A stretch of DNA of 64,000 bases, taken from positions 9,746 through 73,745 of the forward strand of contig CAZMXG010000016.1 of assembly GCA_964570175.1 (NCBI GenBank), read 5' to 3'. The notes under the pieces were generated by a model. That model was not told the origin of the DNA and ran no database searches. It was given only the letters and a program-made list of their open reading frames with translations. This DNA comes from an uncultured Heliomicrobium sp. GTDB lineage: Bacteria > Acidobacteriota > Blastocatellia > RBC074. Every line of letters starts with the position of its first letter. Positions within the stretch are counted from its first letter, which is position 1. This document shows positions 38,219 to 49,100 of the stretch, one piece after another. Made by a program: the position numbers and the translations under genes.

Positions 38219-41200
38219 ATGAAATTGCAGATTGTTTTTTCAAGCATTGTTAGGCGTTTTTTTGCCGACTGGCGCACCCTGACTATTTCCGTATGTTTTC
38301 TCGCCCTTCTTTCCTCCGCGACCTTGGCGACGGTCTTTTTATGGAAAAACCGAAGCCACAGCATTCCGGTTCAATCTTCAACAAGCAGGCTTGGCCTGGA
38401 CGGCAAACAAAAAGATTCAGAACGCTCAAACACGGCCTCCTCTGCAACTAGCTCGACAAAACCTGTTTCGGTAAACCAGCGAGCGAAAACCAAAGAGGGG
38501 GATCCTGCGCTGAGAACCGTTACACCAACGGAGCTTGTGGATGAAGAGGAAGAGGAAGGGGTGGGACAGAGTCGCGTTGACTGGTTTTATTCCCAACGCG
38601 CTTATCCGGCTCATACGATTCCTGCCGAAGCAGGTTTGCGAATGCGCGAGCAGCTTCAGGATGAAGAAACACGACTGAGCCAATTGCGATCGTTGCGTGG
38701 CGAAACTGTCGCGCCTGAACAGCAAGCCGTCTGGGCTGCGCTGGGGCCAGCGCCAATCGCGGAGGGACAGACTTTTGATAACAATGGCTCTCCGGTTTCA
38801 GGACGCGTGACGGCGATTGCGCTGGATCCAGGCTACAACGGCACGTCCAATCAGACTGTTTATGTCGGATCAGCAAACGGAGGCTTGTGGCGTTCGATTG
38901 ATAATGGATCGAACTGGACTCCGCTGATGGATAACCAGCCTTCGCTGGCTGTCGGCGCAATGGCGATTGATCCTGGGAATCCAAACGTGATTTACGTCGG
39001 CACGGGCGAAGGCAATCGAGCCGGTGACACGTATTACGGGCAAGGCTTGCTGAAAACAACAGACGGTGGCAGCACCTGGACACAAATTCTGGGGCCAATT
39101 TCGACCACAGCGCCAAACCTGCCGTCGTTTGTCAACTGTTCCTTCCTGGCCATCGAAATTGACCCCAGCAACACGCAAACATTGTACGCAGCGACAAACA
39201 TTGGCGTGATGTCTTCCGCATCAGGCGGAGCCGGAATCGTGGCCATCGGCAATCGAGGAATCTGGAAATCAACTGATGGCGGCACAAATTGGCGCAATGT
39301 GAATCCGGGCAACTTTGACATAGATCGTTCCGCAACCGACGTGTTGGTTGATCCGCGCAAACCGCAGCGCGTTTATGCGGCAATTTTGAATTTGGGAATT
39401 TACCGCTCCGATCAAGGCGGTGAACTGAACACCTGGACAAAGCTGGAAGGCGGATTACCGGCAGCCAATGCGACAAATCCAACCTTTACCAGAGTCGAGA
39501 TGGCCGTTGGCCCGCCGATTCAGCCTTCGACTGAATCAACTCTTTATGTCGCGTTTGCCGACCCGAACGACAACTTGCTGGGAATCTGGCGCTCTACAGA
39601 CGGCGGCGGCAACTGGACTAAAGTCACCACACCGCAAACTGCCGGGCAGGTTGGCTACAATCTGGCGGTTGCGGTAGACCCGGTGGACGCAAACGTCGTG
39701 TATTACGGAACTTCCGCCAACAGCGCAAACAACGGGGGAACGGTTTTTCGCAGTTTGAACGGTGGCCAAAACTGGACCGATCTGAGCCAGGGCGATGGAA
39801 ATGTCGGATTGCACGCAGATACACATGCAATCGTTGTCAGCCCCGCGAACCGCAACACATTGTTCACGGGAAACGATGGCGGCATCTGGCGAACCAATAA
39901 CGCCACAGCGAACACCGTTGTCTGGAAGAGCCTGAACCCAAATCTGAACATCACTCAGTTTCAATCTCTTTCGCTGCATCCGACCAACCCAAACTTTGTC
40001 ATCGGCGGAACGCAGGACAACGGCACGAACATTTTCACGGGCAGCCTGAGTTGGCGGCTGACGCGCGGCGGCGACGGCGGCTTTGCGCTGGTGGACCAAT
40101 CCAATCCTCAAGTGCTGTATCACACTTTTTTCAATCAAAGTAATTCCGGCGGCCAACGCGCGCAGATCGGCCCGGAGATTTCCACCAACGGAGGCAACAC
40201 CTGGTCGCGGCGGGGCTGTTTCGGGTGTTCGTCATTTCAAGGCGGCTTCAACCCTGCTGACCGTGTTTCGTTTTATGCGCCGATGGCCTTGCACACCGGT
40301 TTCACAGGACAAAACGGCAATGTCGTTTATCTGGGAACGCACAGGCTGTATCGCTCAACAGACCAAGGCATCACCTGGAACGGTGTCGGCCCCAGTAGCG
40401 ATGGATTCGGTACCGATTTGACCAAAGGCACTGGAAGATTGACAGCAGTTGCCGCTCATCCCAGCCGAGCCAACAACGAGGAAATCGTCTGGACTGGCGC
40501 CAGCGATGGCGCGGTACAGATCACAACGAATGCCGGTTCAGGGGCAAGCGCGGTTTTCACCAATCTGACCAACACTCCGCTGCCGAACCGCTTCGTGACG
40601 GATATTGGACTTGATCCGGCGAATTCTCAACGCGCGGTGGTTACGTTTTCCGGGTTCAACCTCAACACGCCAACCACGCCCGGCCACGTCTTTCTGACCA
40701 TCAATCGCGGAAACACATGGACCGATATCAGCGGCAATTTGCCTGACACGCCGGCCAATTCCGTAGCGATACATCCAACAAGCCCAAACACGATTTACAT
40801 CGGAACCGATTTAGGCGTTTTCCAAAGCACCAATGGCGGAGCGACCTGGGAACGATTGGGCAATGGCATGCCGCGCGTTTCTGTTTTGATGCTTCGTTAT
40901 CAAGCGGCGACCAATTCTCTGTTTGCGGCAACGCACGGGCGCGGCGTATTTCGCCTAACAACCTCTCGCACGCTGGCGACGGTTTCGGCTGCCAGTTTCA
41001 GCGCGACGGCTATCGCCGCTGAAACAATCGTCGCCGCGTTCGGCAGCGGCCTGTCTACCAGAACTGAAATCGGAGGAACAGTTCCGCTGCCGACGGTGCT
41101 GGCCGGAACCCGCGTTGTCGTTCGTGATGCACTAGGAGTTGAAAGGCTTGCGCCGCTATTTTTTGTCGCCCCGACACAAACCAATTTCCTGATTCCTGCC

Positions 41201-41689
41201 GGAACAGCGTCGGGAAACGCAACCATCAACATCACCGCTGACGACGGCACGGTTTCTTCCGGCACCGTGGAAGTTTCGCCTGTTGCGCCAAGCCTGTTCT
41301 CTGCCAATTCAACTGGCAAAGATGTTGCGGCGGGATTCGCTTTGCGAATTACAGCCGGCGGGGCGCAAATTAGCGAGCCGATCAATCGTTTTGACTCTGC
41401 GCAAAGCAGGTTTGTCCCAGTGCCCATTGATCTGGGCGTAACGACGGATCAAGTTTTCGGTGTGCTGTATGGCACTGGGTTTCGTGCAAACGGCGGGCTT
41501 TCAAATGTTTCAGTAACGGTGGGGGGTACTCCGGTGACGGTTCAGTATGCCGGGCCGCAAGGTGTGTTTGTTGGCTTGGATCAACTAAACATTCTGTTGC
41601 CCAAGAGCTTGGCAACACGCGGGGAAGTTGATGTTGTGCTAACCGTTGGCGGCAAAATCGCGAACACCTTGAAACTCACCATCAAATGA
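38219..41689 (+). CDS. Secreted BNR/Asp-box repeat beta-propeller protein (sortilin/GH74-like) with Solibacter-type C-terminal domain
   Basis: There are at least nine S-x-D-x-G-x-[TN]-W repeats ([45 protein letters not shown], ...). The C-terminal roughly 230 aa (..[16 protein letters not shown]...[22 protein letters not shown]...) resembles the TIGR03437 Soli_cterm domain. An AGGAG Shine-Dalgarno precedes ATG 38219. Confidence 0.7.
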   Translation: MKLQIVFSSIVRRFFADWRTLTISVCFLALLSSATLATVFLWKNRSHSIPVQSSTSRLGLDGKQKDSERSNTASSATSSTKPVSVNQRAKTKEGDPALRTVTPTELVDEEEEEGVGQSRVDWFYSQRAYPAHTIPAEAGLRMREQLQDEETRLSQLRSLRGETVAPEQQAVWAALGPAPIAEGQTFDNNGSPVSGRVTAIALDPGYNGTSNQTVYVGSANGGLWRSIDNGSNWTPLMDNQPSLAVGAMAIDPGNPNVIYVGTGEGNRAGDTYYGQGLLKTTDGGSTWTQILGPISTTAPNLPSFVNCSFLAIEIDPSNTQTLYAATNIGVMSSASGGAGIVAIGNRGIWKSTDGGTNWRNVNPGNFDIDRSATDVLVDPRKPQRVYAAILNLGIYRSDQGGELNTWTKLEGGLPAANATNPTFTRVEMAVGPPIQPSTESTLYVAFADPNDNLLGIWRSTDGGGNWTKVTTPQTAGQVGYNLAVAVDPVDANVVYYGTSANSANNGGTVFRSLNGGQNWTDLSQGDGNVGLHADTHAIVVSPANRNTLFTGNDGGIWRTNNATANTVVWKSLNPNLNITQFQSLSLHPTNPNFVIGGTQDNGTNIFTGSLSWRLTRGGDGGFALVDQSNPQVLYHTFFNQSNSGGQRAQIGPEISTNGGNTWSRRGCFGCSSFQGGFNPADRVSFYAPMALHTGFTGQNGNVVYLGTHRLYRSTDQGITWNGVGPSSDGFGTDLTKGTGRLTAVAAHPSRANNEEIVWTGASDGAVQITTNAGSGASAVFTNLTNTPLPNRFVTDIGLDPANSQRAVVTFSGFNLNTPTTPGHVFLTINRGNTWTDISGNLPDTPANSVAIHPTSPNTIYIGTDLGVFQSTNGGATWERLGNGMPRVSVLMLRYQAATNSLFAATHGRGVFRLTTSRTLATVSAASFSATAIAAETIVAAFGSGLSTRTEIGGTVPLPTVLAGTRVVVRDALGVERLAPLFFVAPTQTNFLIPAGTASGNATINITADDGTVSSGTVEVSPVAPSLFSANSTGKDVAAGFALRITAGGAQISEPINRFDSAQSRFVPVPIDLGVTTDQVFGVLYGTGFRANGGLSNVSVTVGGTPVTVQYAGPQGVFVGLDQLNILLPKSLATRGEVDVVLTVGGKIANTLKLTIK

Positions 41690-41700
41690 TTTTGCGGGAA

Positions 41701-41733
41701 AAAGCTGCGCGAGCGAATTGCTCGCGCAGCTTT
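41701..41733. terminator. Perfect 14-bp stem hairpin after the BNR gene (terminator-like, weak U-tract)
   Basis: The stem is aaagctgcgcgagc / gctcgcgcagcttt with loop gaatt. Confidence 0.4.
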
Positions 41734-42410
41734 AAACATTAGAAGAAAAGGTAATTGACAGAATTAGAGGCCGATGTTTTAATGCAGCCCGCCAGTTCAT
41801 TAACGCCCTCGACTGACCCTCCCCGTAGTCAATCGGAAACACATCTTCACCAAGCATCCTAAAAGCTTGTGTTTCGATTCGAGCTGGTTATCTCCCAGAT
41901 ACAATCCAAAGTTATCGTTATTTTTAGAATTTGAACCGTGCTTGGCGTGTAGCCTGCAAACGTCGAATCGTGTTGCGTGGCATCAGGCCAAAGTGTGCGC
42001 TTCTGTCAGCTTATCTCAAGGAGAAAACATTATGGTGCCGTTTTGCTCGTCAGCTTAAAGCCTGTCTTTCCTGCATTTTTCCAAGCAGTTTACCGATAAA
42101 CTTCATTCGCAGATCAAATCGCATTCTTACAATAATTATCAAGGTTACGCTGCTCCTACACACACTTCAGCGCCCAATCAATGCGCAGACGCCAGCCCCT
42201 GGCGTTCAGATGATCGCCCCGCCTTCATCGCCCCCGTGGCAGCACAGGCTTTCATAACGCCTGATTGAAAAGATTTCTCTGCCCCCGATTTGCAGCTACG
42301 AACTCAAGTTTGAAAAACCCTTTTGTCATTTGTGTTGAAAGACGCTGCGGATTCCGAACGTAGAGCTTCGTGCATCCCTGTATCGTCAGTGTTTTTGTGT
42401 AGGAGAAAAT

Positions 42411-45407
42411 ATGTGTTTCAGGAAAGCCACTCTCAGGTCTTCTCTTTCTCTTTTCTGTATTTTGAGTGCATTCAGTGTTGTTTCAGCTACCAGCGTTGTC
42501 ATCCCCAGCGATGATGAAATGATTATCGGCGCACGCGCTATCGTGCGAGGCCAGGTTGTTTCCGTCGCCAGTGGTTTGGACGGACAACACGATGTTGTTT
42601 TCACATACATCACGCTCCGGGTTCAAGAAGTCTTCAAAGGCAAAATCACTGTTGGAGATATCATTATCAAAGAACCTGGAGGAGTTTCGGGCAACCGCGG
42701 CAGCATCATCTTCGGCACGCCGGAATTCAAAGCCGGTGAAGATGTTGTGCTGTTTTTAGACACGTGGGCTGACGGCAGCTTGCGCGTTCACAACTGGTTT
42801 TTGGGAAAATATTCCGTCGCCAATAGTGAAAGAACCGGGAAGTTGACCGTTACGCGAGACGCAACCAATGCCAATGTCAGCGTTGTCGGTCGTTCGCAAA
42901 GCGGTCCGATTACGGATCGAGCTGATTACACGGAATTCGCGGCAATGCTTCGTTCACGCATTTCAGCCACGAAAGCAGCGGCAGCGCAGCACGAAACCAG
43001 ATTTTATGGAATCCAGGCGGTTCGTGAACGTCCGCAGGAAATAGCCGGTGGTGGTTTAGGGCCTGCGCCGAACTTCACCTTCATCAATCCCAATCAGCCG
43101 CCGCGGTGGTTTGAACCGGATTCCGGCCAGCCTGTCATTTTCAAAATCAATCCTTCCGGCGCGCCGACTTCGACGATTGTCAATGACGTCAGTGCGGCAT
43201 TGAATGCCTGGTCAAGTGTGAGCAGTTCTGGCCTGCGCGCCAGCAACGGCGGCACAACGGGCAACTGCGGTCTGCTGGTGGTTGACGGCGAAAACACAAT
43301 CTCGTTCAACAACTGCGACAACTACTCGCCGTTTTCTCCTTCTGGTGGCGGCTGTTCCGGCATTCTGGCGGCAGCGGGCATCGTCCAATACAGCCCATTT
43401 CAGTATCGAGTGGTTAATGGCATCACTTTTTTCAAAGCGATTGAAGCCAACATGTCCTTCAATCCGTACGCAAGCTGCCATTTCTCCAGCAGTTGCAACG
43501 TGCAGGAAATTGCCACCCACGAACTTGGCCACGCGCTTGGCATAGGCCATTCGCTTGATTCTTCAGCGACCATGTATGCCTATGCGCATTTCGATGGACG
43601 TTGCGCGGGGTTGCGGCAGGATGACATGAGCGCAATCCAGTTCATTTATCCCGGCAGTAGCAGTGGCGTCACGCCGCTGAGCATCGTGACGTCCACGTTG
43701 CCAAACGCTCAACTCGCAAGTTACTACTCTCAGGCGTTGTCGGCTTCCGGCGGTGTTCCTGGATATACCTGGAGCATCTACAGCGGATCACTTCCTCCAG
43801 GTTTGTCGCTAACGACAACAGGTTTTCTTTCCGGCACGCCAAGTCAGGCTGGAACCTTTTCGTTTACTGTCATGGCCAGAGATTCGGCCAATACAACTGC
43901 GACGCGAACCTTTTCCCTGGCAGTAGCCACTGCAGCTTGCAGCTACACCGTCAGCCCGACCAGTTTCACCATTGCAGCGAACGGAGGCAGCGGAAGTGTC
44001 AATGTCAGCGCGACGGCAGGCTGTGGATGGTCCTCAACCAACGCGACCTCATGGGTGACCGTAACTGGAAGCTCAGGCAGTGGCAGCGGCACTGTGACAT
44101 TCACAGCCGCCTCCAACAATTCCACCGCGCAGCGCACCGGAACCATCACCGTCGCCAACCAAACTGTAACCATTACTCAAAACGGTCAGTCCGGATTTGC
44201 CGCGCAAGGCTTGCAGTATTACCCGCTTCCCTATCCCGTCCGCTTGCTTGAAACCAGGTCAGGCTATCCTGGTTGCAGTTCGACTGCCGGGCCAATTCAA
44301 GCTCTTTCTGCTTACACACAAAGCGCGCGTATGACTTGCAGCGGCGTCACCATTCCCGCCACAGCCCAGGCCATCACCGGAAATTTTACGGTCAACAACT
44401 CTTCCAGCGTTTCCGGATACGGAACTGTTTATCCGGCTGGTAACGCTACGCCGCTGGCGTCAAACGTAAATTACCCCGCGTATTCGACTGTGGGGAATTC
44501 CTTCATCACGGGACTGAATTCCAGCGGGCAATTCACCATATACACTTCGTCAACGGTTGACGTGGAAGTTGACGTTACGGGTTACTTTGCGCCTCCAGGT
44601 ACAGGCGGGCTGTACTACCATCCATTGCCCAGACCGGTACGCTTGATGGATACACGGCCAGGACAATCGGCTTGCAATACGCCGGGAACGCCTCTACAAG
44701 GTCAGACCTCTTATGCCAAAAATGCCTGGGGAACTTGCAGCGGCGTGACCATTCCCACGGCTGCACGGGCGATTGCCGGCAACTTCACGGTGGTCAATCA
44801 ACTGGGCAATTACGGATTCGGAACGGTGTACCCGTCCGGGGTGTCAGTTCCGCAAACATACAGCGTAAATTACAATCCGAACCGCGTAACCAATGGCTCC
44901 TTTATCAGCGGGCTGAGTTCCAACGGTCAATTCGATCTGTATGCATTTTCAACCGTGCATGCAGTGCTGGACGTGACCGGATATTTCAGCACGGAAGCAG
45001 TGGATGTGAACGGCGCGGGATTGCTGTACCAACCATTGGCATCTCCAATGCGATTGCTCGACACGCGCGCAGGCTATAGCGCGTGTGACACGCCAGGCCA
45101 ACCGCTCCAAGCACAGTTTCCACGCACCGAAAACGCCAGGCTGACTTGCAATGGGCTGACCATTCCAAGCACATCCAGAGCCATCACAGGCAATTTCACC
45201 GTAATCAACCACCTGTCTAACTACGGTTTTGGCACGCTGTATCCGACGGGCAACAGCGTTCCGCTGGTTTCGAACATCAACTTTGTGCCTGCGGAAGTCC
45301 GGGGCAACGGCTTCATTGCCGGATTGAATACCGCCGGACAGTTCAATGTGTACACTTTTTCGACCGTCCACGCGGTCATTGATGTAACGGGTTACTTCGC
45401 TCCGTAA
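42411..45407 (+). CDS. Secreted metzincin (matrixin-like) zinc metalloprotease with Ig-like and BACON-like domains and a triplicated C-terminal module
   Basis: A signal peptide is present. The zinc site is HELGHALGIGHS (HExxHxxGxxH). The Ig-like region is SLPPGLSLTTTGFLSGTPSQAGTFSFTV. The BACON-like region is CSYTVSPTSF...GCGWSS...TITV. The final third is three homologous modules of about 133 aa. Confidence 0.7.
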   Translation: MCFRKATLRSSLSLFCILSAFSVVSATSVVIPSDDEMIIGARAIVRGQVVSVASGLDGQHDVVFTYITLRVQEVFKGKITVGDIIIKEPGGVSGNRGSIIFGTPEFKAGEDVVLFLDTWADGSLRVHNWFLGKYSVANSERTGKLTVTRDATNANVSVVGRSQSGPITDRADYTEFAAMLRSRISATKAAAAQHETRFYGIQAVRERPQEIAGGGLGPAPNFTFINPNQPPRWFEPDSGQPVIFKINPSGAPTSTIVNDVSAALNAWSSVSSSGLRASNGGTTGNCGLLVVDGENTISFNNCDNYSPFSPSGGGCSGILAAAGIVQYSPFQYRVVNGITFFKAIEANMSFNPYASCHFSSSCNVQEIATHELGHALGIGHSLDSSATMYAYAHFDGRCAGLRQDDMSAIQFIYPGSSSGVTPLSIVTSTLPNAQLASYYSQALSASGGVPGYTWSIYSGSLPPGLSLTTTGFLSGTPSQAGTFSFTVMARDSANTTATRTFSLAVATAACSYTVSPTSFTIAANGGSGSVNVSATAGCGWSSTNATSWVTVTGSSGSGSGTVTFTAASNNSTAQRTGTITVANQTVTITQNGQSGFAAQGLQYYPLPYPVRLLETRSGYPGCSSTAGPIQALSAYTQSARMTCSGVTIPATAQAITGNFTVNNSSSVSGYGTVYPAGNATPLASNVNYPAYSTVGNSFITGLNSSGQFTIYTSSTVDVEVDVTGYFAPPGTGGLYYHPLPRPVRLMDTRPGQSACNTPGTPLQGQTSYAKNAWGTCSGVTIPTAARAIAGNFTVVNQLGNYGFGTVYPSGVSVPQTYSVNYNPNRVTNGSFISGLSSNGQFDLYAFSTVHAVLDVTGYFSTEAVDVNGAGLLYQPLASPMRLLDTRAGYSACDTPGQPLQAQFPRTENARLTCNGLTIPSTSRAITGNFTVINHLSNYGFGTLYPTGNSVPLVSNINFVPAEVRGNGFIAGLNTAGQFNVYTFSTVHAVIDVTGYFAP

Positions 45408-45426
45408 ACTGTTTCCGAAACAACTT

Positions 45427-45467
45427 GAGGCGTGCGGAATTTGGTTTTCCGCACGCCTCATTTTTCG
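45427..45467 (+). terminator. Rho-independent terminator
   Basis: The stem is gaggcgtgcgga / ccgcacgcctc with a 10-nt loop, followed by atttttcgtt, immediately after the stop at 45407. Confidence 0.75.
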
Positions 45468-45481
45468 TTCAACTACTGTGA

Positions 45482-46327
45482 TTATTTCTGGCCGATGATC
45501 AGACTGGTTTTGGCCGAAACTTCAAATGCAACATCCTGACGTTCGCGGTCAATGATTTTGCCAAGCTGCTGTTGCACCTGCTGGCGAGTTTCCCGATCCG
45601 GCAAAAACGCAAACCAATCATCCAGAAACAGGGTTTCAATCATTGGCGAAGCAAAAAACTCGCTGGCGTCCTGGAAATGAAATCGTTCATTGTGGGTCAC
45701 GCTGCGAACCTTGCTCAGCCCGGCATCCAGCGCCAGAGTTTCAGCATCGCCCGCTGTTAACCGTTCAGCAATCAACCGTTCGACTTCCGGTGAATGCGCG
45801 ACCAGATCCAGATCAAACAGAGCTTCCCAATACACTGAAAAGAATTCGCCGAAACTTCCCTGCGTCGCCAATTTGGCCACAATCGTCGCGCCTTTCTTGG
45901 CCACGCGAATCAATTCATCCAGCGCATCTTCAGTTTCCGCGACCGGCAGCATTGAAAGATCGCCAATCACCAAATCGAATTCGCCTCTGGGAAAATCCAG
46001 CTTCTTCAGCGAACCTTGGTGAAAGCTCGCTCGATTCGGCTTCTTCACATCGGCTTTGCCCCGCGCCAACATCAGTCGCTCTTCGCTGGGATCAACGCCG
46101 ACGACTACCACTTTGGAACCCGCGCGCAGCGAAAAATCCACCGCGTAACCGCCGGTGCCGCATAGCGCGTCCAGAACCTTTCCTTCTTTCGGAAGCTCGA
46201 TTTCTTCATCAACCAGGCGGTCAAAAACTTCCCGCCAGCCTGGAGCAATGTATAAGTCGTAAATGTATGCCAATTCTTTGGCGTCATGTTTTGCGATTTG
46301 TGAACGACCAACCATTCCCTCTTTCAT
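45482..46327 (-). CDS. Class I SAM-dependent methyltransferase
   Basis: Motif I is [16 protein letters not shown]. The start overlaps the S46 stop (ATGA), and the Shine-Dalgarno lies inside the S46 3' end. Confidence 0.6.
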   Translation of the reverse strand: MKEGMVGRSQIAKHDAKELAYIYDLYIAPGWREVFDRLVDEEIELPKEGKVLDALCGTGGYAVDFSLRAGSKVVVVGVDPSEERLMLARGKADVKKPNRASFHQGSLKKLDFPRGEFDLVIGDLSMLPVAETEDALDELIRVAKKGATIVAKLATQGSFGEFFSVYWEALFDLDLVAHSPEVERLIAERLTAGDAETLALDAGLSKVRSVTHNERFHFQDASEFFASPMIETLFLDDWFAFLPDRETRQQVQQQLGKIIDRERQDVAFEVSAKTSLIIGQK

Positions 46328-48405
46328 CTCCTTTTGATTTCTTTGACCAGTTCGCCCGCGCCGTACAGCTTTTGCAACGCTTCGACAATTGCCAAAGCGT
46401 GAACGCCCACCGCGCGCGAGCCTTCTGATTCGTCAATGTACAGATACCGATTCGGCAGCTTTTGAAGGTTGCTGTCGAAATTGATGCCGACAATTTCTCC
46501 GTTGCGCGTAATCACAGGGCTGCCGGAACAACCGCCAATGGTGTCCGCCGTGTAAACAAAATTGAGCGGCGTTGAAAGTTCCAGTTTGGATTTCGCGTCG
46601 CGCCAACGCTGCGGCAAATCGAAAGGCGGCTTTTCGCCAAAACTGGTTGCGCGGTCGAACAATCCGTAAAACGTTGTTTTAAAAGGTACGAGCGTTGTGC
46701 CTTCTTCATACCCGGCGACCGTGCCATAAGCGATTCGCAGATTGAAATTCGCGTCCGGCGAAATCGTTTTGCCGTAGACAGCAAAGCGCGCTTTGGCAAT
46801 CTTTTCACCGGCGGCGGATTCGACGCTCAAAATCTTCTCTTCATTCCAGGCGCGCAGTTCGCGAATGATTGGTTCGACGCGACGAGCCAATTCAATCAGA
46901 GGATCGTTGGATTTGTTGATCGCGTCTGCGCCGCCTTCAAACAATGCTTTACGAAATGCCAAATCGTTCAACTTCGACCCGGCAACCAGCTTTCTCGCGA
47001 CATCCGGAGGCACTTGTTTACCCAGCACCGTGCTAATGAACGGGTCATTGTAACCAAGCGCCTTCATTCCTTCGTGCAGCCAAGCAGTCAAGATAAGCGT
47101 TTCCATTTCCGGATAAATCGGCGCGGGCGACAACAGGTTCAGCTTCAATGCTTCGAGCCGATTGTCGCGGAACTCTTCGTAACGCTGATCGTTCGGCTTG
47201 CGAATCTCTTCGGCATAACGAACAAAATTCGAGGCCAGCGCTCCCAGCCGGGAAGGCGTTAGGCTTGAAAACGCGATCCGTTTGGCCATCGGCGATAACG
47301 CAGAGTAAGCCGCTTCAATCTGCGTCCAGCCTTCGCCATACGATCGCTGCCATTCGGCGTTGGCGGCAACGGCTTTTCGCAATGCTGCTTCGTCATCTTC
47401 TTTCTTTTTGAAGATGCGCGGATTTTCCAGGCCCGCTTGTTGGCCAATCAACCGTTTGATGGAATTTTCCAGGCTGCGAATTGCTGACGACGCTTGGCGG
47501 CTCTGTTCCGCGCCAAGCTTTGAATATGTTTTTAGCGCCGCGCTGCGGGAAGTCCAGATTTGCATCTGCAACGGATTGCCCGTGTCGCGGTGGTATCGAA
47601 GCTGCGCCGCCGTCAGCAATCGCGCTGTCGAACCGGGAAAGCCAGGCACAATCACCAACTCGTTTTCGGAAACTTCTTTTTCCGCCCACTTCAAAAAATG
47701 TTCGACTTTGGCTGGTTGGCCGTTTTCATAAGCGCGCAAAAACGTGATGTCCAGGTCGTAACGCGGATACGTGAAGTTGTCGTAATCGCCTCCGAAATAC
47801 GCAATTTGTTCTTCCGGCGCAAACACCAGTCGCACGTCAGTGTAGCGTTTGAATCGGTACAACCAGTATTCGCCGCCGTTGTACAGCGTGATGACTTCGC
47901 ACTTCAGACCGGTTTTGGCCGTCTCTTCTTTTTCAATCGCGGCCATGACGGCTTTGCGCTGGGCGGCGGCGTCTTTTTCCGAAGCCGATTTCGCCGCGCC
48001 TTGAACCCGCGCCGTCACGTTCTCATAAGAAGCCAGCACATTGACTTCCATATCCGGGCACTTCAATTCTTCGGCGCGCGTCGGAGCGTAAAACCCCTCT
48101 TTGGTCAGATTGCGTCCCGCGCTGGACAGTTTGGCAACTTGATCCGCGCCAACGTGTTGGTTGGTGAAGATCAGTCCATCTGCCGAAACAAACGAACCTG
48201 TTGCGCCTCCGCCGCCGCCTTCGGTCAACCGCACCGTCGAAAGCCGCACGTGATCCAGCCACGCTTGCGAAGGCTCAAACCCGTAACGCTCTTTCCATTG
48301 TTTCAACGGTGGATTGTCGAACGTCCACATTCCTTCGTCAGCATACCGAACCGGAACGAAGATCAGACTTAACAAGATGATTGCGATGATCGAAATTTTC
48401 TTCAT
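46324..48405 (-). CDS. S46 family dipeptidyl-peptidase (DPP7/DPP11-like serine peptidase)
   Basis: A signal peptide is followed by the S46 hallmark [12 protein letters not shown]. The catalytic Ser motif GGCSGSPV is present. The protein is about 690 aa. A GGAG Shine-Dalgarno precedes ATG 48405. Confidence 0.85.
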   Translation of the reverse strand: MKKISIIAIILLSLIFVPVRYADEGMWTFDNPPLKQWKERYGFEPSQAWLDHVRLSTVRLTEGGGGGATGSFVSADGLIFTNQHVGADQVAKLSSAGRNLTKEGFYAPTRAEELKCPDMEVNVLASYENVTARVQGAAKSASEKDAAAQRKAVMAAIEKEETAKTGLKCEVITLYNGGEYWLYRFKRYTDVRLVFAPEEQIAYFGGDYDNFTYPRYDLDITFLRAYENGQPAKVEHFLKWAEKEVSENELVIVPGFPGSTARLLTAAQLRYHRDTGNPLQMQIWTSRSAALKTYSKLGAEQSRQASSAIRSLENSIKRLIGQQAGLENPRIFKKKEDDEAALRKAVAANAEWQRSYGEGWTQIEAAYSALSPMAKRIAFSSLTPSRLGALASNFVRYAEEIRKPNDQRYEEFRDNRLEALKLNLLSPAPIYPEMETLILTAWLHEGMKALGYNDPFISTVLGKQVPPDVARKLVAGSKLNDLAFRKALFEGGADAINKSNDPLIELARRVEPIIRELRAWNEEKILSVESAAGEKIAKARFAVYGKTISPDANFNLRIAYGTVAGYEEGTTLVPFKTTFYGLFDRATSFGEKPPFDLPQRWRDAKSKLELSTPLNFVYTADTIGGCSGSPVITRNGEIVGINFDSNLQKLPNRYLYIDESEGSRAVGVHALAIVEALQKLYGAGELVKEIKRR

Positions 48406-48424
48406 AGGCTTAACTCCAATCAAA

Positions 48425-48784
48425 TCACTTCCACTTTCCCATAAATTCAATTTGACCTGATATTTCTTCCGCTGATCGCGCGGCAATGAGCTTGAGCAGC
48501 CGCCTCAGCTGCTCGCCAATCGAAAGCTCTTGCTGAGGCGCGAGTATCAGCCCGGCATGTGTTTTCCCTTGTGATAAGAATTCAGTATGCAATTGAAAAA
48601 AATCTCTTGAGTTAAAGCTGTAAACTGCGCGTCCGCAACTTGATGCAAACTCCAACTGTTCACCATCACTGCGTCCGTTCATTCCGGCTTCTGCTGAAGT
48701 CAGCACATCAACGTCACGCAGCCTTAACGCTCGGACAAGGTCGCTGTCCTGAGAATCTTCATCAAGGTAAAGGGTGATTTTCAT
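48425..48784 (-). CDS. DUF5615 (PIN-like) protein, putative toxin
   Basis: [34 protein letters not shown] matches the DUF5615 N-terminus. The gene overlaps the DUF433 stop by 4 nt. Confidence 0.55.
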   Translation of the reverse strand: MKITLYLDEDSQDSDLVRALRLRDVDVLTSAEAGMNGRSDGEQLEFASSCGRAVYSFNSRDFFQLHTEFLSQGKTHAGLILAPQQELSIGEQLRRLLKLIAARSAEEISGQIEFMGKWK

Positions 48785-49083
48785 TGAGCAGAAATGCTAT
48801 TGGAGTGTTCGCGCATCAGCCGCTCGTATTCGGTATCTTCCACCGCAATATCCGCTTCGATGGCAGCGCGGTTCAAATGATAGTAGGCAATCGCACAGTG
48901 AATTTGCGCCAGCGATAGATGCTCGATTTTGCGAGCAATTTCTTCCGGGCTGAAGCCGTTGTTGTACAAAACCGCAATGCGCTGAACCGTTACTCCCGTG
49001 CCCGAAATGATTGGTCGGCCACTGTGAATTCCCGGATGGCTTGTGATCATTGCGTCAATTCCAAGGGTTGCCGTTGCTGCCAT
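48781..49083 (-). CDS. DUF433 protein, putative antitoxin
   Basis: SHPGIHSGRPIISGTGVTVQRIAVLYNNGFSPEEIARKIEHLSLAQIHCAIAYY is typical of DUF433. The start is ATG 49083, or alternatively TTG 49104. Confidence 0.65.
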   Translation of the reverse strand: MAATATLGIDAMITSHPGIHSGRPIISGTGVTVQRIAVLYNNGFSPEEIARKIEHLSLAQIHCAIAYYHLNRAAIEADIAVEDTEYERLMREHSNSISAQ

Positions 49084-49100
49084 AACTATTTCTCCCGAGT

